IMG/VR virus record: IMGVR_UViG_3300045988_062945
Location: 1-42,933 of that record
Length of the DNA stretch: 42,933 nucleotides
Origin: a virus
Reading direction: 5' to 3' (one strand)
Shown: positions 1-6,668 of the stretch, one piece after another
How the letters are laid out: the number at the start of each line of letters is the position of its first letter
Position numbering within the stretch: position 1 is the stretch's first letter
Made by a program: the position numbers and the translations under genes
Notes under the pieces: generated by a model
The model's database searches: none
What the model saw: only the letters and a program-made list of their open reading frames with translations
Told to the model about the DNA's origin: nothing

Positions 1-119
1 ACTGCGCCGCTTCAAGCTGCACGGCTTTTTTGTTTTTCCCGGTAAAGCTCCGGTAATGCGCCTTTCCGTCCTCGTCCTTATAGTCAAGGACTTTTATCCG
101 GTACGACCCCGACGGTAGC
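1..119. repeat. Terminal direct repeat identical to 42815-42933 (circular closure or assembly overlap; unique genome length 42814 bp)
   Basis: Both window ends read actgcgccgcttcaagctgcacggc...ggtacgaccccgacggtagc. Identity was checked base by base over 119 nt. Confidence 0.95.
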
Positions 120-136
120 CTTTCTGCCTTAACCAT
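1..136 (-). CDS. int: First 45 codons of the tyrosine integrase (same gene as 41880-42933; it crosses the circular junction)
   Basis: Minus-strand ATG at 136-134, 5 nt after GGAGG (plus cctcc 142-146). It reads MVKAERLPSGSYRIKVLDYKDEDGKAHYRSFTGKNKKAVQLEAAQ and continues in frame through the 119-bp overlap into 42814 and below. Confidence 0.85.
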   Translation of the reverse strand, partial: MVKAERLPSGSYRIKVLDYKDEDGKAHYRSFTGKNKKAVQLEAAQ

Positions 137-179
137 TTTGACCTCCTTCAAAAAGAACCCCGCACGCGCGGGGTGTAGT

Positions 180-647
180 TCATATTATCGTTATAAGGAT
201 TTCTTTCTGCGTCTCGAAGGAACCGAGTGCCTGCCTGAAAAACCCGATGTCGATGTGTGTGAAATCGTATATCAGTATGCCGATGATCGCGGCAACCAAC
301 GCAAACAAAAGAAAGCCGAGAAAGATTATCCAAAGGTTTTTGCCTCTTAAAGAGCGGAGATAGATCTCGGATATCCGTTTCTCCGTTCCATAGTCTCGGA
401 CATACTTAATGACAGTCGCGGTTCCGGTTGTAGGCTCAATCTGCTTTTGCTCGATTCCCGCAAGCTCATCGAGAGAGCCACCAAGAACTTTTACCACACT
501 GGAGACGGTGTAAAACGCCGCTCCCTCGGCATGACCGGAGAACAGCCGCGCAACCGTGCCGGGAGCGATGCCGCTCAGCTCTGCAATCTGCTGATTGGTC
601 AGGGCTTTTTCCTTTTTCAGCTCGTTCAGATACTCTGAAATCGTCAT
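180..647 (-). CDS. Membrane-anchored XRE-family HTH protein (repressor-like)
   Basis: The start was moved to ATG 647 (MTISEYLNELKK) with gaaggaagg upstream. It has an N-terminal HTH (LTNQQIAELSGIAPGTVARLFSG) and a C-terminal hydrophobic helix (LWIIFLGFLLFALVAAIIGILIY). It is co-directional with int. Confidence 0.75.
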   Translation of the reverse strand: MTISEYLNELKKEKALTNQQIAELSGIAPGTVARLFSGHAEGAAFYTVSSVVKVLGGSLDELAGIEQKQIEPTTGTATVIKYVRDYGTEKRISEIYLRSLRGKNLWIIFLGFLLFALVAAIIGILIYDFTHIDIGFFRQALGSFETQKEILITII

Positions 648-703
648 TTTTTTTGACCTTCCTTCATTGTATAGTTTCCAGCATTTAAATATGAATCGCA
701 ATT

Positions 704-715
704 CTCATATATGAG
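704..715. promoter_or_regulatory. Perfect 12-bp palindrome CTCATATATGAG in the divergent gap between 647(-) and 817(+); candidate operator
   Basis: Read directly. It is flanked by near-repeats gcaattc and acaattc. Confidence 0.35.
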
Positions 716-816
716 TTGCACAATTCGATTAAATATGCCGGTATTCATAACTGGTTATTGCTATTCACCTGTAAATGTGGTATGGTAAATATAACATAAA
801 AAACCGGAGGTATACT

Positions 817-984
817 ATGATACGCAATCGCTATGAAAAACGGCGCATCGAAAGAGAGCGCCATTACACCGACCCGATAATCACCGAGGACGAGCTTCGG
901 CTCGCAAGAGCCTTGCAGCTCCGCATGAGGCGCGTGACGTATCAGGAGGACTGTGCGCCGGAAGACGGAAAGGAGGGTGATTGA
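817..984 (+). CDS. Small basic hypothetical protein (55 aa)
   Basis: ATG 817 lies 7 nt after ggagg (806-810) and reads MIRNRYEKRRIERERHYTDPIITEDELRLARALQLRMRRV. No family was recognised. Confidence 0.5.
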   Translation: MIRNRYEKRRIERERHYTDPIITEDELRLARALQLRMRRVTYQEDCAPEDGKEGD

Positions 985-1131
985 ATGGGAGAGATTCGTT
1001 TGACGCCGGATGTTGCCCGGTTTATCGCAAAACTCACGCAGGAAGAATTCACAATTATTAAATCTCTCTACGGAGAGGACGACGAAAGGACAGAACAAAA
1101 TGGACGAAAAAATAAATCTTGCCACACTTGA
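985..1131 (+). CDS. Small hypothetical ORF (48 aa), possibly the 5' part of a gene split from 1100-1216
   Basis: ATG 985 lies 8 nt after AGGAGG (971-976). It reads MGEIRLTPDVARFIAKLTQEEFTIIKSLYGEDDERTEQNG and ends at TGA 1129-1131. Confidence 0.4.
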   Translation: MGEIRLTPDVARFIAKLTQEEFTIIKSLYGEDDERTEQNGRKNKSCHT

Positions 1132-1216
1132 CATCGAGTACATAAAGCTTATCGACAGAGTACTCAACGCCACCCCTGAACAGCTCGAAAAAATCGAGCA
1201 GTTGATAAACGAGTAA
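1100..1216 (+). CDS. Small hypothetical ORF (38 aa) overlapping 985-1131 in the +1 frame
   Basis: It reads MDEKINLATLDIEYIKLIDRVLNATPEQLEKIEQLINE and is followed by a terminator. An A6 run lies in the overlap. Confidence 0.35.
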   Translation: MDEKINLATLDIEYIKLIDRVLNATPEQLEKIEQLINE

Positions 1217-1236
1217 ATCCAATATATCAGGCAACT

Positions 1237-1256
1237 GCCCGCTTCGGCGGGCTTTT
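1237..1256. terminator. Bidirectional rho-independent terminator between convergent genes
   Basis: gcccgc-ttcg-gcgggc stem-loop followed by tttt, between the stop at 1216 (+) and the stop at 1267 (-). Confidence 0.7.
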
Positions 1257-1266
1257 GTCATCTTAG

Positions 1267-1665
1267 TTATACGAAATAAGGGTTGGGCTTGAAAAGTATC
1301 GCGAAAAAGTCAATTACAACCCCGACAAATCCAATTCCGCACGTGAATAGATAAACAATGCCCAGCAGAATCTTGCCCTCGTAAAATTTATGCGCGCCCA
1401 AAAAGCCCAAAAACACGCACAACAGCAGGGCAATCCATTTGTTTTTCATATTTCCATACGGGAAATAATCAGCATTATCGTTGATGTTTGTGTTGTTGAC
1501 AATAACAGCCGGCTGCGATTGGTTTTGATGAAAATTCTCTTGTGTAGCCGGAACGATATCTTCTTTAGCAAGAACCTTCGCTTTTTCCGATTCAAATTCC
1601 TGTACAGTAAGCACGCCCTCGTTGAGTAAATCTTTCAGCTTTGTAAGCTCATCGTATTTTGACAT
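1267..1665 (-). CDS. SHOCT-domain plus TM2-domain membrane protein (superinfection-exclusion candidate)
   Basis: The start was set at ATG 1665 (MSKYDELTKLKDLLNEGVLTVQEFESEKAKVL, SHOCT-like) with aaagga upstream. The C-terminal part WIALLLCVFLGFLGAHKFYEGKILLGIVYLFTCGIGFVGVVIDFF matches the TM2 pattern. Confidence 0.75.
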   Translation of the reverse strand: MSKYDELTKLKDLLNEGVLTVQEFESEKAKVLAKEDIVPATQENFHQNQSQPAVIVNNTNINDNADYFPYGNMKNKWIALLLCVFLGFLGAHKFYEGKILLGIVYLFTCGIGFVGVVIDFFAILFKPNPYFV

Positions 1666-1713
1666 TTTCTGATTCCTTTCTTTGATTGTCATTATTATTC
1701 CGGCATAAATCCC

Positions 1714-2043
1714 TTAGTGCTCGGTATCGAGCAGTTTATTTATAGCCTTAACCTTATCCAAGGGAGAGGCGACTATTTTTTTTATTAAAGCGGCGACAGC
1801 AGGATCAAGCTTCGATAAATCGAGGGTGTCGGGGGTACGGGAAGGTTCATCGGTTTCGTCTCTCAGGTATTCGGGCGTGGTATCAAGTAGTACCGCGATC
1901 TTGGAAAGGATATCGTCTGGGATATTCAAGTTAAGTCTTTTGCAGTCCTTCAAGTATCCTCGCGACTTTCCGCTTAATACACTGAGCTTTGATTTAGATA
2001 TTTTCTTGTCACTCAATGTATCTATTTTGCTATAATTGACCAT
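1714..2043 (-). CDS. XRE-family HTH repressor-like protein (CI analogue)
   Basis: The start was set at ATG 2043 (MVNYSKIDTLSDKKISKSKLSVLSGKSRGYL) after gggggg. It is divergent from the early operon across the switch region. Confidence 0.75.
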   Translation of the reverse strand: MVNYSKIDTLSDKKISKSKLSVLSGKSRGYLKDCKRLNLNIPDDILSKIAVLLDTTPEYLRDETDEPSRTPDTLDLSKLDPAVAALIKKIVASPLDKVKAINKLLDTEH

Positions 2044-2077
2044 AAAACCGCCCCCCAGATTTGTGCAAACTCTAAAA

Positions 2078-2094
2078 TCGCTCAAAATGAGCGA
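2078..2094. promoter_or_regulatory. Perfect inverted repeat TCGCTCA-aaa-TGAGCGA; operator candidate next to the rightward -35
   Basis: Read directly from ...aaaaTCGCTCAAAATGAGCGAaaaac. Confidence 0.45.
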
Positions 2095-2101
2095 AAAACT
2101 A

Positions 2102-2130
2102 TTGACTTCGCCCGTTTTGGGTGATATAAT
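2102..2130 (+). promoter_or_regulatory. Rightward early promoter (TTGACT, 17 nt, extended -10 TGaTATAAT)
   Basis: -35 at 2102-2107, TG at 2122-2123, -10 at 2125-2130, upstream of the Cro-like gene. Confidence 0.7.
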
Positions 2131-2220
2131 GTAATTACGGTAACAGAAATGATTGCCACAGACAAAGAACCTCCCGAGACAAAAGCGCCGGAAAGTGATT
2201 AAATTGTACCTCGCAATTAC

Positions 2221-2249
2221 AGTATATCATTTAACGGCGCGATTGTCAA
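2221..2249 (-). promoter_or_regulatory. Leftward promoter (TTGACA, 17 nt, TATACT on the minus strand) facing the rightward promoter
   Basis: Plus-strand tgtcaa at 2244-2249 and agtata at 2221-2226 with a 17-nt spacer. It points toward the repressor-like gene at 2043. Confidence 0.6.
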
Positions 2250-2283
2250 GGGAAATTCGTAACAAATTTAAAAGGAGGAAAAA

Positions 2284-2493
2284 ATGGAACTCGATCTGAA
2301 ATCAAGAATCCGTCGTTTGGGCATAAAGCAGAATTACATCGCGAAAACGCTAAGCAAGCCGGGTTTTTCGGTAACTCCTCAGGAGCTTAGCAATGCAATA
2401 GCAAAAAACACCAATTATCCGAAAGACCATAAAATCCGCAACGAAGTGTTGAACCTGCTGACAAAGCTCGAACATGAAAGGGGACTTGACTGA
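2284..2493 (+). CDS. Small Cro-like / HTH early regulator (69 aa)
   Basis: ATG follows aaaaggagg. It contains GIKQNYIAKTLSKPGFSVTPQELSNAI and is the first gene of the rightward operon. Confidence 0.7.
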   Translation: MELDLKSRIRRLGIKQNYIAKTLSKPGFSVTPQELSNAIAKNTNYPKDHKIRNEVLNLLTKLEHERGLD

Positions 2494-2738
2494 TGCCCCG
2501 CGCAGCCATGACCGAAACCGAAAAACGGTGCGCTTCGGTCGTGCGGCATATCGACGCATACAAAGCAGAAAGATACCGGAAGGGAGACGACAAGGACACC
2601 GTCGCAAAGAATCTCGGTCTGTCCTACGGTCGCTTGAAAAGCATTCTCAGGACATCCCCGGAAAGCGTCACCCTCTCGGAGCTTTCTGCCATCGCAAACG
2701 CGTTGAACATCTCAATCTCAACTCTCATAGGAGGCTGA
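2493..2738 (+). CDS. HTH (XRE-like) DNA-binding protein
   Basis: ATG overlaps the preceding stop (tgATGc). It contains VAKNLGLSYGRLKSIL...LSELSAIANALNISISTLIGG. Confidence 0.65.
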   Translation: MPRAAMTETEKRCASVVRHIDAYKAERYRKGDDKDTVAKNLGLSYGRLKSILRTSPESVTLSELSAIANALNISISTLIGG

Positions 2739-2739
2739 C

Positions 2740-2892
2740 ATGAAAAAGTACATCCCCGGCACGATTGCCCTCACACTCATGTATATATTTCTTGCGCTTG
2801 CCGTGACCTTCGGAGTAAAGGCTCTCGCCGCCCTGCCGGTTATCGTGTACGCGCAGTACAAACTAATTTTCAAAAGGAGAAGCAAACCATGA
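2740..2892 (+). CDS. Small membrane protein (50 aa, not in the ORF track)
   Basis: ATG 2740 follows ataggagg. It reads MKKYIPGTIALTLMYIFLALAVTFGVKALAALPVIVYAQYKLIFKRRSKP. The stop overlaps the next ATG (ATGA). Confidence 0.55.
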   Translation: MKKYIPGTIALTLMYIFLALAVTFGVKALAALPVIVYAQYKLIFKRRSKP

Positions 2893-3182
2893 AAATACTC
2901 ACCCCCGCCCAAATGCATACCTTTGCTGAATACGCGCTCGAACACATCTACATCCTCAACTGCCGTGCTCCGAAAAATGTGGAATTCAGTGTGTCGTACA
3001 GCCCGACCGTGATCACTGTCAGCCTTTTCATCTATCAGGCAGGCACCATTGAAATTCTTCACTCTGAACACGCATACACATACACATTCAACAAAGACAA
3101 CAGCGAGGTGTTCAACAAAATCAAAAGCTGGGAAGAAAGATACCTCAAAAAGGAGACCCCCGAAGATGACAATCTGGGATGA
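2889..3182 (+). CDS. Hypothetical protein
   Basis: ATG follows aaggag. It is coupled to its neighbours and no family was recognised. Confidence 0.6.
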   Translation: MKILTPAQMHTFAEYALEHIYILNCRAPKNVEFSVSYSPTVITVSLFIYQAGTIEILHSEHAYTYTFNKDNSEVFNKIKSWEERYLKKETPEDDNLG

Positions 3183-3399
3183 AATCACCATAACCGACTA
3201 CGAGCAAAAATGGCTCGACTCGCATTATGACTGGGAAAATCACCGCTATCGCACATATGCGGACGAACCCGAAGAGAAAGACGAAGAAGAAACCGAAACA
3301 CCGGTCTTTGAGACCGAGGAAGAAGAAAATGACTGGCAGGAAGCACAGCTTCTTGTCGCCTGTGAAAAAATAAGAAAGATGGTGAGATGCAATGCTTAA
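3166..3399 (+). CDS. Very acidic small early protein (77 aa)
   Basis: The start was set at ATG 3166 after aaaaaggag. It reads MTIWDEITITDYEQKWLDSHYDWENHRYRTYADEPEEKDEEETETPVFETEEEENDWQEAQ. Confidence 0.6.
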   Translation: MTIWDEITITDYEQKWLDSHYDWENHRYRTYADEPEEKDEEETETPVFETEEEENDWQEAQLLVACEKIRKMVRCNA

Positions 3400-4042
3400 G
3401 AAATTCGACGAACTTTATAAAATCGATGTAAGCCCCTTTTGCGACAAGAAGAAGGGCAAGGACGACAACGGACGGGTGATAGATATCCCCTACCTCAACT
3501 GGGCGAAATGCGTTACCCTGCTTCATGACAACGGCGCGGAAACGGTGTACTACACCCCGGTGAAGAACGCCGAGGGCGGATATCTCTTCTCGTCCCGCGA
3601 AACACACAATAAGGACGGAAGAACCACAGGCTGTTACTTCGTCAGCGTTGAGATACACATCGATGACCTTGTCTTTACTCAGGATATGCCGCTCCTCAAC
3701 GGAAACCTTGTGGTGTACGACGATACCCTGAATCAGCTCCGTATCTCAAACGCACACGCAAGAGCTTTCGTGAAGGGCGTTGCGATCCGAACCGGTCTCG
3801 GCTTCTCCCTCTGGGCAGGAGACGACGAAGGCGAAAAAGCCGAAAACGAAGACCTCAGTATTCATAATATCTGGAAGATAAAACTGCGCATCGAACAGAA
3901 ATTTACCGAACTCATGAAAAAGGGAATGTCTCAGGCAGAAATCTGCAAGAAGTGCAACCTCAAAGAGAGCGATGTCGGACAGATACTCATCAAGTATATG
4001 AACGGCATCTCGTATCTTGAAGAAGCTCTGAAAAAGCTATGA
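3392..4042 (+). CDS. Rad52-like single-strand annealing protein (Sak/DUF1071-type, by recollection)
   Basis: The segment PYLNWAKCVTLLHDNGAETVYYTP and the position immediately upstream of an exonuclease gene form the usual phage recombination pair. Confidence 0.6.
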   Translation: MLKKFDELYKIDVSPFCDKKKGKDDNGRVIDIPYLNWAKCVTLLHDNGAETVYYTPVKNAEGGYLFSSRETHNKDGRTTGCYFVSVEIHIDDLVFTQDMPLLNGNLVVYDDTLNQLRISNAHARAFVKGVAIRTGLGFSLWAGDDEGEKAENEDLSIHNIWKIKLRIEQKFTELMKKGMSQAEICKKCNLKESDVGQILIKYMNGISYLEEALKKL

Positions 4043-4593
4043 TAAAGAGCAAATCCCGCGCCGGATGGTTCGGCGCAAGCGACACCGCAACAATCATGGG
4101 AAACTGGCAGACAAAAACCTTCGCGGCGTGGTGGATGGTAAAGCTCGGGCTTGCCGAGAATAACTTTACAAACATCTACCTTGCCGCCGGGACAGCCTAC
4201 GAACACCGCATCCTCGACGCTCTCGGAGTAAAAAAGCGCGACCGGCAGATAAAAATCAGAAAGATTGACGGTCAGCCCGTCCGCCTGAGAGTAAACCTCG
4301 ACGGAGAGGATAAAGAGTACATTCACGAAGTCAAAACCCACAGTAAGCCGGGATTCAAAGTGCCGAAAAATTACTGGCAGCAGGCGCAGGTCGAAATGTT
4401 CGCGACTGGGAAAAAGCTGTATATCGACCATTACCTTCTCCTCCCCGAAGATTACGACAATTTCTTCAACGAAATCGACCCTGACCGTCTCGGCAGGATC
4501 GAAATCCCATATGACCGCGAATGGGTTGAAAAAGAGTACATCCCCCGCCTCATCCACCTTTCAAAGTGCTTGAAAGAAAGGAGATTCCCATGA
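4039..4593 (+). CDS. YqaJ / lambda-Exo-like PD-(D/E)XK recombination exonuclease
   Basis: It contains AGWFGASDTATIMG, GTAYEH and VNLDGEDKEYIHEVKT (D...E-x-K). It is coupled to the annealase gene. Confidence 0.7.
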   Translation: MIKSKSRAGWFGASDTATIMGNWQTKTFAAWWMVKLGLAENNFTNIYLAAGTAYEHRILDALGVKKRDRQIKIRKIDGQPVRLRVNLDGEDKEYIHEVKTHSKPGFKVPKNYWQQAQVEMFATGKKLYIDHYLLLPEDYDNFFNEIDPDRLGRIEIPYDREWVEKEYIPRLIHLSKCLKERRFP

Positions 4594-5120
4594 AAGGCAG
4601 GATCGCCTCCGAAATAACCTTCACTGCCGACCGGAAGCAGCGCGTCACAATAGAGCTTGACGAGGACTTCCGTCCGGCATGGGACGGGCTTCACGGAGAG
4701 GATGTCGAAATCACCGTTAAGAAGTACCGCAAAAAGCGCAGCCTTGATTCGTCAGCCTACGCATGGGTGCTCCTCGACCGCCTCTCCGAAAAGCTCCGCA
4801 TCCCGAAGGAAAGGATATACCGCTCCCTTATCCGCGACGTTGGCGGCAACTGTACAACCGTCTGCGTGCAGGATAAGGCAGTGGATAAGCTGACGGAATC
4901 ATGGCAGAGAAACGGCATCGGATGGGTGACAGACACCATGCCATCAAAGCTGGACGGCCGTAAGACAGTGATCCTCTATTACGGCTCCTCCACCTACGAT
5001 ACCGCCCAGATGTCCCGCCTCCTCGACCTCATCATCGAGGAGTGCAAGGAGCAGGGCATCGAAACCAAAACCCCGAACGAGATCGCGGAGATGCTGAGCC
5101 TATGGGAAAACGCGAGATAA
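4590..5120 (+). CDS. NinB/Orf-like recombination mediator (tentative)
   Basis: The start was set at ATG 4590 (ATGA overlap, SD aaaggag). RSLDSSAYAWVLLDRLSEKL and SSTYDTAQMSRLLDLIIEECKEQGI parallel lambda NinB RSLDQNRKLWACLGDVS and STSRMRVGEFAELLELIQAFG. Confidence 0.5.
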   Translation: MKGRIASEITFTADRKQRVTIELDEDFRPAWDGLHGEDVEITVKKYRKKRSLDSSAYAWVLLDRLSEKLRIPKERIYRSLIRDVGGNCTTVCVQDKAVDKLTESWQRNGIGWVTDTMPSKLDGRKTVILYYGSSTYDTAQMSRLLDLIIEECKEQGIETKTPNEIAEMLSLWENAR

Positions 5121-5419
5121 AATCCGTACTCAAGACCCGCCCCGGCATTTGCTACATATGCCGCCGCAGAGGAGACACGGCATTGCATCATTGTTTTTTC
5201 GGCGCGGCAAACCGCTGGATGTCCGACGAAAACGGCTTCGTCGTCTTCCTCTGTCCGTCATGCCATACCGAATCCCCCGCATCAGCCCATAAATGCCGCG
5301 ACACAGACCTTTACCTCAAGCGCAGATGTCAGGCGGCATACGAAAAAAACCACACAAGAGACGAGTTTATGCGCCTTGTGGGACGAAATTACTTAACCGA
5401 AAAGGAGAAAGAGAAATGA
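5102..5419 (+). CDS. Cys/His Zn-binding protein, YbcO/NinG-type phage nuclease-like (tentative)
   Basis: The start was set at ATG 5102. The pattern CYICRRRG..ALHHCFFGAANR..SDENGFVVFLCPSCH resembles the DUF1364-type layout. Confidence 0.45.
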   Translation: MGKREIKSVLKTRPGICYICRRRGDTALHHCFFGAANRWMSDENGFVVFLCPSCHTESPASAHKCRDTDLYLKRRCQAAYEKNHTRDEFMRLVGRNYLTEKEKEK

Positions 5420-5703
5420 AAGAACAGAACTACATCGTAAGATCCGACAGAGCAGGAGTGTTCTTCGGCAAAATCAAGGAGCGCAACGGAAGCGAAGTCA
5501 CCATGACCGATGTCCGCCGTATCTGGTACTGGAGCGGCGCGGCATCCCTCTCAGAGCTTGCCGTTGAGGGAACAAAAAAACCTAAAGATTGCAAGTTCAC
5601 CATCTACGTCCCCGAGATGGTTATACTCGGAGTGATTGAGATCATCCCCTGTACCGCCGAGGCTGAAGTCAGTATAAAGGAAGTTCCGGAATGGAGAGTG
5701 TAA
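5416..5703 (+). CDS. Hypothetical protein
   Basis: ATG 5416 (ATGA overlap) follows aaaggagaaagag. No family was recognised. Confidence 0.6.
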   Translation: MKEQNYIVRSDRAGVFFGKIKERNGSEVTMTDVRRIWYWSGAASLSELAVEGTKKPKDCKFTIYVPEMVILGVIEIIPCTAEAEVSIKEVPEWRV

Positions 5704-6311
5704 AAAAATTTGTTGCTGTCAGCTCCGGCAACGGCTCCGGCTACGGCTCCGGCAACGGCTCCGGCAACGGCAACGGCGACGGCTCCGGCTCCGGCTACGG
5801 CTCCGGCTTCGGCTACGGCCACAGCTCCGGCTACGGCGACGGCTACGGCGACGGCGACGGAATTGCGTCGTACGACGGCAGAGATGTGCATCTGATTGAT
5901 AACGTACAGACCATAATAACCGCCGTGTTCGGCGGCGCCGCAAAAGGATACATTCTCGAAACTGATCTGACCCTCACGCCCTGCTACGTCGCAAAAAGCG
6001 GAAACACCTTCGCCCACGGAAATACATTAAAAGAAGCAATCGACGCACTGCACAAAAAGCTCTTTGATGATATGCCCGAAGAAGACCGCATCGCAGAATT
6101 CTTCAAAGCCCACAGCCCCGGCGTGAAATATCCCGCAAAAGATCTCTTTGTGTGGCACAACAGGCTCACCGGAAGCTGCGAAGCCGGACGGATGTCCTTC
6201 GTCCGCAGCCACGACATAGACCTCGAAAACGATACCTTCACCATAGAGGAGTTCATCAACCTCTGTAAAGACAGTTACGGCGGAGAAACGATAAAAAAGC
6301 TCCTCGGATAA
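5691..6311 (+). CDS. Protein with an N-terminal Gly-Ser/Tyr/Asn/Asp dipeptide-repeat region and a globular C-domain
   Basis: It reads MESVKKFVAVSSGNGSGYGSGNGSGNGNGDGSGSGYGSGFGYGHSSGYGDGYGDGDG, followed by non-repetitive sequence. Confidence 0.65.
   Translation: MESVKKFVAVSSGNGSGYGSGNGSGNGNGDGSGSGYGSGFGYGHSSGYGDGYGDGDGIASYDGRDVHLIDNVQTIITAVFGGAAKGYILETDLTLTPCYVAKSGNTFAHGNTLKEAIDALHKKLFDDMPEEDRIAEFFKAHSPGVKYPAKDLFVWHNRLTGSCEAGRMSFVRSHDIDLENDTFTIEEFINLCKDSYGGETIKKLLG
5721..5861. repeat. Degenerate 6-nt periodic repeat (GGC-NNC)n, coding
   Basis: agctccggcaacggctccggctacggc...ggctacggcgacggcgacgga. Several reading frames on both strands are open across it. Confidence 0.85.
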
Positions 6312-6425
6312 CCCCTCAGACAGCCTGATGACAGCCGGCAAAGACCGACCGCCCGACGGAGCGCATCCGTCCCAGCCGAAAGGCAAAAATACCGAAAAAC
6401 AATTTCGAAAGGAGATTTCCCCAAG

Positions 6426-6668
6426 ATGAACGCTACAACACAATGCTTTAAGGTGCTTGAACACCTGAAGTACATAGGGTCTCTCACACAAGCGCAGGCG
6501 CTTGAGCTGTACGGCGTTGCCCGTCTCACTTCCCGCGTCAATGACCTTAAAAGGAAGGGGATTGTAATCAACACAAGGACGATCCCCGCAATCAACCGCT
6601 TCGGCGAGAGAGTGCGTGTCGCCGAGTACAGTTTACCGAAGGGAGAGCAAAAGGATGAGCAATCTTAA
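6426..6668 (+). CDS. Winged-helix DNA-binding protein (HTH_39-like pattern)
   Basis: It contains GSLTQAQALELYGVARLTSRVNDLKRKGIVINT...NRFGERVRVAEYSL. Confidence 0.6.
   Translation: MNATTQCFKVLEHLKYIGSLTQAQALELYGVARLTSRVNDLKRKGIVINTRTIPAINRFGERVRVAEYSLPKGEQKDEQS

Noticed and set aside
745-1173. 142-aa minus-strand ORF between the membrane-anchored HTH gene and the SHOCT-TM2 gene.
   Set aside because: It is antisense to two SD-led plus-strand small ORFs. It would read through the divergent regulatory region. It has no SD and a low-complexity hydrophobic composition.
5604-6017. Alternative-frame ORFs (poly-Ala-Val, poly-Arg-Ser, Ala-Thr-Pro repeats) across 5700-5950 on both strands.
   Set aside because: They are artefacts of the (GGC-NNC)n periodic repeat, which removes stop codons in many frames. 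Only the frame starting at 5691 has a start, upstream coupling and a non-repetitive continuation.
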